NCBI GenBank assembly: GCA_964658305.1
Contig: OZ210885.1
Location: 19,344,001 to 19,408,000, forward strand
Direction: 5' to 3'
Origin: Leptogorgia sarmentosa
Taxonomy: Eukaryota
Length of the DNA: 64,000 nt
Shown here piece after piece: positions 38,478-51,873 of the stretch (positions are counted from its first letter, which is position 1; each line of letters starts with the position of its first letter). Position numbers and translations under genes: made by a program. Under the pieces are notes generated by a model that saw nothing but the letters and a program-made list of their open reading frames with translations, ran no database searches and was not told the DNA's origin.

Positions 38478-39175
38478 AACGAAGTATTATAGGTTTAGTT
38501 TTGTAGACTGCACAGAATTTGCCAGCCATATCCTGATGCTTTTGTTTCTTTCGAATGATTAAAATCATTTTGTAGAAAATATCAGTAATGAAGGTGTTTT
38601 GTCCAGATAAGGTATTCTTCATCCGTATACTGTATACAATGAACAAATTTGATTCATATACTGTCTCATTCTTTAGAATCCCTCGAGTGTTTTGCCACAA
38701 AATAACAATACATGAAGGTGCTTGAGTGTACACGATTAATACATTTAGTCCATAACGTAGGATGTTCGATTGCTTTTGATGTCAAGTCCTCTCCGTGAAA
38801 ATGCCATTGAGTAAAGAGGTTTATGATAAACGAAGTATTATGGGTTTAGTTTTGTAGACTGCACAAAATTTGCCAGCCATATCCTGATGCTTCTGTTTCT
38901 TTTGAATGATTAAAATCATTTTGTAGAAAATACCAGTAATGAAGGTGTTCTGTCCAGATAAGGTATTCTTCATCCGTATACTGTATACAATGAACAAATT
39001 TGATTCATATACTGTCTGATTCTTTAGAATCCCTCGAGTGTTTTGCCACAAAATAACAATACATGAAGGTGCTTGAGTGTACACGATTAATACATTTAGT
39101 CCATAACGTAGGATGTTCGATTGTTTTTTATGTCAAGTCCTCTCCGTGAAAATGCCATTGAGTAAAGAGGGTTTA
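38478..39175 (+). repeat. Tandem duplication, about 351-bp unit x2
   Basis: aacgaagtattat.ggtttagttttgtagactgcac at 38478 and 38829; both copies end ccattgagtaaagagg. Confidence 0.9.
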
Positions 39176-39614
39176 TGAAGCGGTTGGTCCTGCCAAATAT
39201 GTAGATAATATCCAGAAAATCTGTTTATGGTTGGTGGTTTCCTAATATAAACAAAAAATTAAAGTTAGAGAGGTAAAAAGAAAATGCACTTTCAAGAGCA
39301 TAAAATAGTAAAAAGACAAAATGGCAATGGGGGCTGGGGAAAAACCGCTTACCTGTATATGTTATTATGCCCTCAGTGTGATATGATTATGTTTATGTTA
39401 ATATCACTAAGTATCATTTTGTCCATGATAGATACTATTACTACTATATGATCATGAACAAACTGAAGAGCAGAAACTGCTTTACTGTTGAAATTTAGAA
39501 TTTAGTATGACATAAATATATATTCAAAGTTCACGAATTTGCTTGTAGCATTGTATCCCAACATGTACTGTATATAAGAGAAGTAAAAAAGTCCCTTAAA
39601 GGGCCTGATCGTTT

Positions 39615-40425
39615 TTATTGAAAAGAATTAACCAATGCACACACGGCTTTGTGATCTGAGAAGTATGTTTCTAAAATATGGGAAGAAGCTTGTGACTCTG
39701 GTAAATTGGTATAAATGTGATCAATCAACGTTTGATTATCTGTTGTTACACTGGAAACTATTTGCCTGTAATTGTAATTATTGAGAAACAAATTATACAA
39801 GGGCATTCTACTCCTTTCATCTAACCAATTAATATTAAAATCACCAATGAAAATGTTGAATTCAGTAGTCAATGAGGTTAGAATCTGATCCAATGTTTCA
39901 CAGAGTTGGTGTACTGCCACTCTGGGTGATCGGTATATTCCTATTATGCTAACATGTGGAAGGATCATGGCTCTCATAGTCATTATCTCAATGCCATTTA
40001 TATTATTGGACTGTGGATATCCAGGTAACAAATCAACTCTGCTATAAACTGCCATGCCTCCAGATGGTCTGGAGGTCAGCATGTGACCATTTCGGAATAA
40101 GTTGTAATTGTCAATATGACACATATTATCACTATCAGATGTCATAAACCGAGTTTCAGAAAAAATATTGATGTCAGTATTTTTAAAGTTAAAATCATGT
40201 TGAATGTCATCAATATGTTTATGTAATGAGCGTGTGTTAAGGTAGCATAATTTAAATGCTACTTTGTCTATATTATACATGGGAGTAATGTTTAGCTCCA
40301 ATGCTCGTTCATTCCTTAACAACTCCATTTCACTAACAACATGAGGATTAACAGCTATTTTTTCTTCACAGAGATCTGTGATGTAGAGGCCTTCCATTGT
40401 TGTAACTCGGCTTAAGCCAACATAA
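39615..40425 (-). pseudogene. Helentron C-terminus: end of helicase plus AP-like endonuclease
   Basis: YVGLSRV continues across the DIRS insertion. LNTRSL, FSET, IYRSP, GDFN, IDHIY, SDH. Confidence 0.85.
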
Positions 40426-40868
40426 TTGGAAAGTTAAACGAGACTTACCTGTAAGTTGAAGTTTGGCTTGAATTCTATCCCATAAATAATAGTAACCGGA
40501 GGACTGACATGAAGAACGAACGCAAAGCCTACTGGGAGCAATGTGACGTAACTAATCATTTATTAGAAGCATATACTCATTGTGGAAATACAAACAAAAA
40601 CCAAATAGTAACCCGGGACCAATATGGGCCACAAAGGGAGGGTGTGGTGGGTGTCAGTCCTCCAATTACTATTATTTATGGGATAGAATTCAAGCCAAAC
40701 TTCAACTTACAGGTAAGTCTCGTTTAACTTTCCAATTCTATCCCATAAACCGTAACCGTCATACTGACATGAAGACTTCAAAGCGTATGTATAGACACAA
40801 TGAGTCGCAAAAAGAAAACATCAAAACTGTGTATTGCAACTGATAATTTATTATTAAATAACACGCTT

Positions 40869-42017
40869 TCATGGAATACCATGAACTATTTCAGTAGTAA
40901 CATGCTTGAAATAGAAACGTTTAAACGTATCCGCTCTACTCCAACCTGCTTTCTTGAGTATCTCATCTAAAGGAACATTTGCACGGTAAGCTGCTGTTGA
41001 AGCAGCATGCCTCGTAGAATGAGGTTTAAATAAATCAATGTCAATTCCTGACAAATGTAACACTGTCTATATCCATCTGGCCAACGTCTGGGCCCCAATT
41101 ACATGACGAGGCTTGATGAATGAAATAAACAACACATCGTCTTGTCTTAGATTCCTGGTATGTTCGATATATTCCTCCAAACAAAGATATGGACAAACAT
41201 CTGGATCTATGGTGTATCTAGGAATAACAACCGGAGGAACTGGATAATTGGGTCTACTTTGTTTAACATGCTTACCAAGAATAAACAGAAACTCATGAGA
41301 TTTCTTCATAAATTGTTGATGAATATTCAGTTGTAATAAAGTTTGTTTCCTTTGAATACTAACCAAAGCTAATAACATAGCTAGTTTTAAAGATAATTCT
41401 TTAAGAGTCAATGAAGCATTAGGGACATATGTCTTAAGAAATTGGAGAACAATCTGCACATCCCATATCCCATAATATTTCTTGGATGGAGGCTTCCTCT
41501 CAAAGGCCCCTTTTAGGAAACGACAAACAACTGGATGCTGGCCTACAGGTATATTATCCACTGAGATTATAGAAGACAAAGCAGATCTAGTAGTATTCAT
41601 CGAAGAATGCGATAAATGAAGTTGTGTGTGTAAGAATTCCAACACCTGACTCAAATGGGGGAAATATGGATTAATCGCCCCTTCACGACAGAATATATCC
41701 CACTTCTGGAGATGGACCGCATACTGTTTCTGTGTAGAAGATCTCCATGAGTCGATGAGTACACTGGTAACATGTTCTGAAAAGCCTCGCTTTCGGTAAT
41801 GATCCCTGATATAGGACATGCCATCAGCTTTAGCTTTCCTGCCATGTTGTGTACTTTCTTCTGAGGATGTGTCAGAAGCTCTGTTTCTGCTGTCCACAAC
41901 AGAAGTTTGGGTTGATGAGTTAGCATCTGCAGGATCTTGGTATACCACGTCTGAGTGGGCCACACTGGAACCACCAAAACCTCCTTTGCCTGTTCGGATT
42001 GAATCTTGTCGAGACAT
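40869..42017 (-). pseudogene. DIRS tyrosine recombinase with a premature stop at 41067
   Basis: SIQRKQ (R), HSTR, AGW..TF.RFY. Confidence 0.88.
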
Positions 42018-43700
42018 TTGGGAATCAGACTAAAGGGAGGGAAAGCATAGAAATACTCATGTTGCCATGAAACACTGAAAGCGTCAGTGGCCACAGCTTG
42101 TGGATCAGGTTTCCAGGAAATATATCTAGGTAACTGTGAGTTGATGCGAGAAGCAAACAGATCAATAGACAATGGAGGGAATGATGCACACATGCTCTGA
42201 AAAATAAGTGTGTCAAGTTTCCACTCATGATTAGAGTGATGATTCCTAGATAAGGAATCTGCCACGACATTTGAAGACCCAGGAATGTGAACTGCAGTTA
42301 GCCACACCTTTCATGGAATACACCATTGCCAAATCTTCTTTGCAACGATATCACATGGAATTGACCTGCTACCACCCATATGATTAACATAGGGTACTGC
42401 AGTGACATTGTCCAACTCAAATCTGAGATGTACATTCGTCATTGCTTTGCAAAAGATGGTTAAGCAAATAAACACCACATAAATTTCTCTTACATTGATG
42501 TGAAGAGAAGCTTGCTCTTGCGTCCACAGACCCTGAGACTGCAAAGAATCATCTGTTGTACAGTGAATGCCCCAGCCACTGTCACTTGCATCTGTCTGAA
42601 AAACACAAGTAACCGGGGGGTGTCTGATAAGGCGGTGTGCATCCGTGACATTGTCACACCACCACTGCAAGTCTTGCCTTGCTAAACCAGACAAACTCAT
42701 GATACCTTCATAATCTCCACGATTATGAGCTAGAGCCGCGATCTTTACACGTTCCAGATTACGATAATGTAACCTGCCATACTCTACACCTGGCAAGGAT
42801 GAAACAATCTTGCCAATTATTTGTGCAATAAACCTTATCGTAAAGGTCTCTCCAGCAAGGGCTTGTTGGCAAAGGGATCTTAGTTTCTCCTTTTTCTGAG
42901 GTGAGAGAGACACAAGCATGGTAGCTGAGTTAATAATGAAACCAGGAAAGTGATTTCCTGACTAGGCATCAGGACACACTTATCTGGGTGTATGTGAAAA
43001 CCAAGCTTCAGAAACAATTCAATTGTTTCCTTGAGATTTGCCAAACACTCAGACAAGTCATCCCCTTGCAAAAAGAAATCATCTATGTATCCACTAACAA
43101 CATGACCCTTTTGTCTAAGGGTAGAAAGTACTGGCTTGATCACCTTAGTGAATATTCTAGGTGAACTTGTCAGCCCCATAGGCAAAGCCTTAAACTCATA
43201 CAACTGCCCGTTCCATGAAAACTTCAAGAACTTACTATGTTCCTCTGCAACGGATATTGTGTAGTATGCATGCTTCAGGTCTAGTGAAGCCATGTATGCC
43301 CCAGGGGTGATGAGATGGATGACAGTATTTAAAGTATCCATTTTAAAATGTCTGAATAACACTGCTTCATTACAGCGTTTGAAATTAAAAATTAATCTGT
43401 ATGAGCCATCTGGTTTAGGAATGACAAAAATTGGAGATATACATTCACCAACTTCATGAACAGATAGACCTATAACTCCAAGCTCAAATAACTTAGAAAT
43501 TTCAGCATCAATAATAAGCTGCTGCTGCACATTGAAATTTCTTTGACCAGGCATACTAAATAAACTTCGGTCATCTACAAACTCTATGTGACAATGCCTA
43601 ACATAGTCTAGAATTACAGGGTCTGAGGTAATATTGCACCACTCAGGAAAGCAATTCTTAGTATTTCCTGCTTTAAAACAAGGTTGATTAGCTAAAAGTT
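41651..43700 (-). pseudogene. DIRS RT-RNase H-methyltransferase-like pol, broken
   Basis: LPMGLTSSPRIF, YIDD; TDAS..GWG, HINVRE, DN; DLFAS..YAFPPF. Frameshift near 42940 and stop near 42311. Confidence 0.9.
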
Positions 43701-43852
43701 TTTTAAAAAGAGACATACCATTGTGACTTCTTTTTCTCTGGCTGGGGCGCATTCCGAAAAGACTGGTTTTGATAACCAGAAAATGTGCTGGTGGTACCCC
43801 ACTGTTGAGTGCTTCGACCACGGTAACCACGTCCACAGCCCCTCAAACCAGC

Positions 43853-44761
43853 TCAATATGATGAGCATGGTGAATATCTTTGCCCCCTACCTCTTATGTT
43901 GTTTTGGCGGGGCTTGCAGACCTTGTTCTTATTAATCTCTGCCACCTCTTTTACCCTTTTGGAAGTATCGCCTCCAAAAAGGAATTCGTCTGCTGGATTA
44001 TCACTGCTACAAAGCGCCTTGGCAAATTCACTCCTAAACTGCGGCTTTATGGCTTCCCTTCTTCTCAGATTAAGTTCATAATTGGCAGTCATTGCCAAAG
44101 TAATGCCATCCAAGCAGGTGGTTAAAGCTTCTTTGTCAACTTTAGTTGATGCTAAAGCATCTGCAACCTTCATTTGACAGTTGATAGATGACAACAGCAT
44201 TGCTTGAGTAGATTGGAACTTCACATCAGCCATACGTGCTTTCCCAGGAATTTGATCCCAAATAGTTGGTTCACATTTGGGTAGTTTGACTTTAACATTC
44301 TCTGGTGTAGGGTGCTTTTTAATTTTTGCCTTACATTGTTCTGGGCTTATACGCTGTAAATGCAGTTTATTCACAACAGCAGCGACACTTTCATTGATTT
44401 TTGGCCCTTTCAAATCGCTGTTGACGTCCAGATCCATACCATATTCAAGCAAATCGTTATTAGTGGATAAATCATCTTGCTTCTCCGAAGCAGTCTCAGA
44501 ATTCGCGATTCTATTGATATCAGCCTCAATATCAATGTTACCTGGGTTGTCATCCACCAGTAATTCCTCAGACTCATATGCCTCTGCATATTCTAAATCT
44601 ACAGGGTACTGTAAACTCTCAATATTCTGATTTAGTTTCTGAAGACTCGTCAGAATCGCCAAATTAATCGCACCCTGGTCGTTGGGATTTATAGGGTCGC
44701 TCTCTGGCTGAACCCTCAGCTCGGAAGTGCTCGCACTGGAGTCACCACCCGCCAGTGACAT
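43853..44761 (-). CDS. DIRS gag-like ORF1
   Basis: 302 aa, first ORF of the element; LFGGD and RGRG tail. Confidence 0.75.
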   Translation of the reverse strand: MSLAGGDSSASTSELRVQPESDPINPNDQGAINLAILTSLQKLNQNIESLQYPVDLEYAEAYESEELLVDDNPGNIDIEADINRIANSETASEKQDDLSTNNDLLEYGMDLDVNSDLKGPKINESVAAVVNKLHLQRISPEQCKAKIKKHPTPENVKVKLPKCEPTIWDQIPGKARMADVKFQSTQAMLLSSINCQMKVADALASTKVDKEALTTCLDGITLAMTANYELNLRRREAIKPQFRSEFAKALCSSDNPADEFLFGGDTSKRVKEVAEINKNKVCKPRQNNIRGRGQRYSPCSSY

Positions 44762-45120
44762 GACCTGGCAAATAAATTGAGGTCAAATTAAAACCACATC
44801 CAGTCACTCGAAAAACAAAATGGCGGACTCGGCATGTGCTTTCAAACTCTAGCGTTTGTTGAATGCCTGTGCAAGGTCATTCTAGGTGAAAATTAAACTG
44901 TGACTCGTGCAGAGACCACTTCACCTCATATAGAACACAAAATAAAATCAAATACCTACCTTGAAAAACTTGAAGAAAGCCAAAAGAATCTTCCCCCACA
45001 AAAGTAGCTCTTGCTCCCATGTAGAGATTCGGTTCAATGATTAGTTATGTCACATTGCTCCCAGTAGGCTTTGCGTTCGTTCTTCATGTCAGTACGACGG
45101 TTACGGTTTATGGGATAGAA

Positions 45121-48100
45121 TGTATATGAGGTATAGCTCTTTTGGTATTAAAATTGACAACAACTTTGTGTTCAGTGTCACCTTGTGAACGATGAATAGT
45201 TTTAGCTGCTGCAGGCCGCAATGGAAACTGTTTTCTCACAACCTGTGCAGTTTGATTCTTGCCAACACCAAATTGTGTAGTTATAGGTTTTATTGGAGTC
45301 CATGTTGATTCAATACCCTGAGCATATAGGTGTTTATTTTCATGTCTGGTTTTTTCACCAACATCATCATGGTCAAACTGTACCCATATTATTCCTGATG
45401 GTTTACCTTTTTGGTTTAATTGTATCTTTTTAATAACATACCAGCACCATTAGTCATGCCATCATCAATTCGCACATTTAAAGCTATTTCTGTTCTTTCC
45501 CCTATTGATAAGTGAAGGTCTGATCTAATTTGTTTTGTTTTTCTTGGATCATCTGGTATTTGAGCTAAAATTTTCAGTCGAAGTTGGGCTGAGTTAGCTC
45601 CTATAACACTGTCGACTGCTTTAATCGAATACTTTTCATTTTCCCCACTATAATGGACTCGTTCATTAAATTCATTTACTTTCTTATTTTGTATAAACAA
45701 ATGTGGTGCATCAGTTGGATCATCTATGCTGTTTTCTTCGATTATTCTTTGTTTTAGTTGGATGATATCATCGTTAGTATGCTTGCCTTCTCTTAGCCTA
45801 TTTAATATTTCAGCAAAGACCTTGCTATCCCTTTGTCTCATGATTTCTTCCAGTTCAAACATGTTAAAATGTTCTTGCCATTTATTAGGGGCAAGAACTG
45901 CATAGTCTGAATCATCAAGATTTTTGAATATATATCTATCCATTACAGGTTCTAGTTGAAATAGATCACCAATTGCAATAACACTCACGCCACCAAAATC
46001 TTCCTTACTTCCTTTAATATCTTTCAGTCTATTGTTAATCTGGATGTTAAACATTGTACTTCCAACCATTGAGATTTCATTAAGAAATATTAACTTTACA
46101 AGTAGTAGTAGTTTACCAAGTAGACAACGTAAAGTGTTCAGTCTGCTTGAATCAAGAGGTTTGTAGTTTCGCAAAGACTGACATGCAGGTATTGCCAGTG
46201 CACTATGGATTGTATTACCTTTGATGTTATAAGCTGCTTTACCAGTTGGTGCAAGCATCAATATTTTTACTTCTTGAAAATTATCACCAGCTCTTGTATT
46301 ATAGTATTTTAATGCTGCTTGATACAGTGACTTAGTATGATGTGACTTTCCAACACCTGCTCCACCACTGAGAAAACAGTAAATTGGTTTATCAGATGTT
46401 TTAATGTGATGTAAAACATGATAGAAAAACTCTTTTTGTTTTCCGTTTAACTTCTGTATCATTTTCCTGTAGTCATCGTCCTGTAATTCATTCAATATTA
46501 ATTGCTCAGTATTTGATGCAGCAGAAGGGATTCCGAGATCAGCAGAGAGATCATAATGTTCATTAAAATCAGGATGAAGGTCTTGTGCACCTTCTGATTC
46601 ATCCTGACATTCAATGTGTTGTGTGCCTGGTGCAATCTGGTCATAGTTATCATCATTTTCATCCATGCTTTGTAGCTCATTTTGAATTTCATTGAGGTCT
46701 TCACTAAACATTGCATACTGTTTCATTTGCTCATCAATGATATCTTTTACCTGGGTGTAGTACTGCTGATATAAGGAGCAATTACCCAATAGGTCAGTTA
46801 CCTCGTTTCTCCATGATGCAAACAACATGATTAGTTCACGGTAATGTTTTTCACTATCTACCTCTTTATTAAAACAAACACTTCGAATAATTCTAGCTTT
46901 TGATCTTTTCTTATTTTTTTGTCCATATTTTTCATTTTGTTCCTCCTCATTTTCATCATCATTATTAAACTCTGTTTCTAAGGGAAGATCATCAATATCA
47001 AGTTGCTGACTTTGTTTCACATATGGTTTACCACATTGGTCATACCATGCAGCCCAGTCAGCTAGAGTCACATGTTCTAAGCTGGAAGGTCGTTTTGTGT
47101 ATCTTTTTATTAAGCCAGATGCATAAATTTCATCTGAATCATCATCCATTTCATTGATTTCCTGCAATGGTTTTAATAAACGAACTCTGTCTTCTGGAGG
47201 TGAGGAATTTTTAAATACAACTTGACGAGAGGATTTTCTCATAGGAAGTTGTAGCACTATATAGACAGCTTCTTGTGCACTTATCTCCACATTATTTAAA
47301 AATTTATTGCCAATATCCCTCACTTGTTGTTTGAGAGTAGAATTTCCTTTTCTTGCTTCATTACAGGCTGTCCTGAGTAATTCACTCATTCCTTTTTGTG
47401 CCTTAGAAATATATGATACAATATACATTGCACATGCATAGACATCAAGGACAAATTGAATATCCATATTTGCTCTCCATGCACTAAGGCAGGCAGAATT
47501 ATAATTATTAATTCTCAATTCGTTTGGCTGTCTTTTTAAGAATATGGTTGGTGCCTTCAGGGCTGATCGAATTGCAAGCATATAATTTTGCTCTGTTATT
47601 TTCAAATTTATTAACAACTGATCAAATGTGATATCATCTCCCTCTTTCAAATCATTTAAATATTTTTGTATAAATTTCCATTTAGTTTTATGTTCTTGAA
47701 GTTCACTGTCTTCTATTTCAATATCTAATGGATAAAGAATTTCAGTTGATCTCATAGGTGGTTGTGGGTAGTTGAACCGACATAATGTCTTAGATTTTTT
47801 TCGACATGTATGAGAATGTCGATGAACTTGCCTGTTGACAAGATTAAGTAACTCAAGATTATCACTTGGTTTTTCACAAGTAATTATTTCACCAATGAAA
47901 GCTGTGACTTCACAATCCAAATCTTCAGCAAACTTAGGAGCATCTTCAAGCCATATTAACATATGAATGTGAGGTGAGCCTCTTTGTTGATATTCAACTC
48001 TATAGAACCAGTCTGCAATTTTTCCTAAAGGTGCAGCTTTGCTCAAGAGAAAACTTTGAATAAATTGATTCACTTGATAATCAAAATGCCTAGCACATGT

Positions 48101-50367
48101 AACTGGATCACTTTGAATTAACTTACTTTTCTCTTCCCAGTTAAGATTTTCAAGCTCATTGTCATTATAATCTTTGTTATTAATAAGTTTACCAAGTATT
48201 CTAAGAAGATGAGTCCATTGTGTTTCAGCTGAAGAGAAACTACAAAACAATGAAGCTGGTCCCAACTGTCTTATCATTGCAAATATATCCTTTTTAGCTT
48301 TTTCAAAATATGGAGGTGAACCTCGTAAAACTCTTAAAAACCTGAATCCCTGATCATGGTGAACAAGGTTATCTATAGCTCCTGGTTGTTTCAAATGTGC
48401 CACTATTTCCTTAACATTTCCTCAAAGCAATTTGGGATTGACCAAGTAAAATTTTCATTTGAAGTTTTTTTGCCTTAAAGAAAATATTTTCTACACACAT
48501 TGCAGCTCTTCGATCAGATCTTCTTAACTCAGATTTACAAATTTCACTATAATGAACATCTGTTACTCTACTGGTGTTGTCAGGTCGTTTCTGACCAAGA
48601 AATATTCCTGGATAAGCGAGTTCCTCTGAGTATTTATCCCTGAATATACTCATAGGCCTATTACCTTCACCTGGTGCAACATTCAAAATATATTGACGTT
48701 CATCATCAGTCAGAAAGTCTGGAGCAGTTAACATAGTGTCAGTGACACCTGCAGGTATTTCTGCCTCATCTTTACTCCATTGGTCTTCATCATCAGGAGT
48801 TAAATGTATGTTATTTGTATCACAGTCCACATCTGGTAAGTCATTTTTTTCCATGTCACTATGATCAACATTTAACAAAGTGCTGGAACAATCCTCAGGC
48901 CATGTATTATTAAAGGTAATACCTTCTTCTCTATAAAGAGTACTGTTATTAACAAGCCATTGGCAAGCTTGTACTACCTTGTGTGGTCGTACATTCAAGG
49001 ATAGAGCAGAACTTTTATATTGTAATCTTCTTTTCAAGTGGTAGTCTTGGTAACAAATTAATAGTGTTTATTACATCTGCTGGTACATTCACAACATTAC
49101 CATTAATCTTAAATTGTTTGCCTCTGGGAGCTTGCATAAGCTTTTGAAATGCCAATCTAGGAGCTATTAACCTGCATTCTAATTCATTTAGGTCAAAAAA
49201 TTCTGGTTTTGTAGGAAATTGCATTCCATTTATAACTGCACAGGGTGGAACTTTACTTTTATCCAAGTAATTGCAACATGATCTACATAACCATTCAACA
49301 GCATTAATACTTTTTTTACCTTGTAAATATCTCTCAATACCAGGATTATTTTCTGTGAGGGTTTCTGCAGATGACACACTGTGCTTATACCACATTTGGT
49401 CACAACAGCTGCATATGTATAAAGGTCCTTTGGCAACAATATCATGAAATTTTACTATTATACTCTCCAGACTTTGAGTTTGTGATTGCCTTTCCTTCAT
49501 ATATTCCTTCTTTTGCTGATTTCGTTTTTGTTTGTTTTCAAAAGTTTCATTTAATCTTTTAGTCTTCACATATTCTTGGTTTTGTTGGTTTCTCTTTTGA
49601 TTGTTCTCGAAAGTTTCATTTAATCTTTTAGTTTTGATATATTCTTGGTTTTGCTGGTTTCTCTTTTCCTTGTTCTCAAAAGTTTCATTTAATCTTTTAG
49701 TTTTGATATATTCTTGGTTTTGTTGGTTTCTCTTTTGATTGTTCTCAAAAGTTTCATTTAATCTTTTAGTTTTGATATATTCTTGGTTTTGGTGGTTTCT
49801 CTTTTGCTTGTTTTCAAAAGTTTCATTTAATCTTTTAGTTTTCATATATTCTTGGTTTTGCTGGTTTCTCTTTTCCTTGTTCTCAAAAGTTTCATTTAAT
49901 CTTTTAGTTTTCATATATTCTTGGTTTTGCTGGTTTCTCTTTTGATTGTTCTCAAAAGTTTCATTTAATCTTTTAGTTTTGATATATTCTCGGTTTTGCT
50001 GGTTTCTCTTTTGCTTGTTTTCAAAAGCTTCATTTAATCTTTTAGTTTTCATATATTCTTGGTTTTGCTGGTTTTCAAAAGCTTCATTTAATCTTTTAGT
50101 TTTCATATATTTTTGGTTTTGCTGGTTTGTCTTTTGCTTGTTTTCAAAAGCTTCATTTAGTCTTTTAGTTTTCATATATTCTTGGTTTTGCTGATTTCTC
50201 TTTTGCTTCTTTTGAGAAGTTTCCTCTAATCTTTTACTTTTTGCATATTGTTTGCTTTGGTCATTTCGCTTTTGCCTATTTTCAAAAGTTTCACTGAGTC
50301 TTTTATTTTTCATGTATTCTTTGTTTCTCTCATTTCGCTTTTGCTTGTCTTGAAAACTTTCATTCAA
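45121..50367 (-). pseudogene. Helentron Rep (HUH) plus Pif1 helicase with N-terminal repeats, frameshifted
   Basis: YRVEYQQRGSPHIHMLIW, YIVSYISK, GGAGVGKS, NEISM, GDLFQL, IMRQ, TIHRSQG. Confidence 0.92.
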
Positions 50368-50400
50368 CCTTTTAGTTTTAATATACTTTTTGTTCTGCTC
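49500..50400 (-). repeat. 69-bp coding tandem repeat (23 aa, KRNQQNQEY.KTKRLNETFEN..)
   Basis: Visible in the DNA and in ORF 49015-50367. Confidence 0.9.
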
Positions 50401-50429
50401 ATTGTGCTTTTGTTTGTTTTCACAAGTTT

Positions 50430-50624
50430 TGTTGTGAACGGTTAATTTGTCGCCACTATTTTTGTCATAGCGAACAATATGTCAGACATGCGCAAACGAG
50501 ACGCTTTTTGTTGTTTTCATGAATCGAATCGAAAAACACGTTTATAACGACTTTCAACTTATATTTTATAGTTTATAGTTTAGAAATAAAGTTTATTTTA
50601 CATTTAACTGCGACGTGCAGTACA
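50430..50624. mobile_element. Solo LTR (195 bp) in the Helentron ORF
   Basis: Begins TGTTGTG and ends GTACA, flanked by AGTTT on both sides; internal AATAAA at about 50585. Confidence 0.75.
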
Positions 50625-50701
50625 AGTTTCATTGGATCTTTTCCTTTTCATGTATTCTTGCTTTTGCTGATTCAGTTTTAGCTTATCCTGGAAAGTTTCA
50701 C

Positions 50702-51873
50702 TTAATTTTTTCTCTTTATATATTCTGTATTTTGCTGGTTGCATTTTTCTTTCTCCTGAGAAGTCTGACTTAACCTTTTCCTTTTCATGTATTCTTCCAT
50801 ATATTCTCTTGAATATGTTTTTCTTTTTGCATTTTCTTTTTGTGTAACATTTGATACGTCATGTCTCAATTGTACAGTGGAAACATAATGATTTGCACCC
50901 AAATGACCTATGTAAATAACTGTGGGTGGAGTTAATGGTTCTACAGCTTCTACTATATTGGACACAGCAAAGTTTTCATTTGACTCAACAATGTGTACCC
51001 TTAAATTAAATATATCTGCAACAGCTTGTATAATTAAATGATCACACCATGTGCCTGATGTGGACATGTTTGCAAGATAATCCATCCAAGAAGACTCGAT
51101 ATTGCTTTCAATAAATCGCTCTGGATTTTCACTCATATTTAGCACCTGCATTTCTTACATCCAAATGATGGTTGCATTCACCATATAACTGATGTGAAAT
51201 AGTTTTAAAAAAAACAATCACCTTCACCACCAACATCAAGTGGCTTTAACCCAAGCTGTTGTAATCTATTTTCTAATACATTATGAACAGATATACTATT
51301 TAATGGACCAGGATTCAGTTCAATATCACCAGACAACATAAGCTTTTTATGAGATACACAAAACTTATCATTATTAAATGTTAAATACTTTAAAATAGTG
51401 TTGTTTAAAACATCTGCTCTCAAGTTATGTTTGGAGGCACTGTTATTTTTACTCTTGTGTATATGTTTAAAACAAGTTTTACTATTATGGGCACTGGTAC
51501 AATCATCATGAATTACTACATGCACGGCATTCACACTAATACTTTTATTGTAGTATTGATTTACATTCTGAACAGGTTTAACATTCCTGTAAAAGCCGTG
51601 TATGAATCTCCTCACAAGACTCTGAACATGTTTCCTCCGAAGAGGCTGAATATGTTTCCTCCGAAGAGGATCAATTTCCCTCCAAAGAGGGCCAACAAAT
51701 TTCCTCCGAAGAGGCTGAATAAATTTCCTTCCATGAGGCACATTGAAACGTGCGCTACAACAACACTTTCTTAGTATACAAAATTGGCTACAAAACCACT
51801 TAATCCTGTGGAAAATGAACCTTTTACATCTCTCATACACCATTTCAACACTTACTTTGTGTTCCATGTGCAC
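50702..51873 (-). pseudogene. Helentron leader: 2A-like motif plus OTU-like cysteine protease, frameshifted
   Basis: SGDIELNPGP; DVGGEGDCFF; GTWCDHLIIQAVAD; GHL..NHYVS. Confidence 0.8.

Larger units (their letters stand above)
40426..45120 (-). mobile_element. DIRS1-type tyrosine-recombinase retrotransposon
   Basis: Inverted terminal repeats (about 40490-40560 and 45036-45120) and an internal complementary region 40652-40775 joining both ends (ttccaa|ttctat). Host sequence ccaacataa|tgtatatg is restored without a TSD. Confidence 0.95.

Noticed and set aside
38395..39084. Duplicated short ORFs MYTQAPS...
   Set aside because: Explained by the 351-bp tandem duplication; no coding signature.
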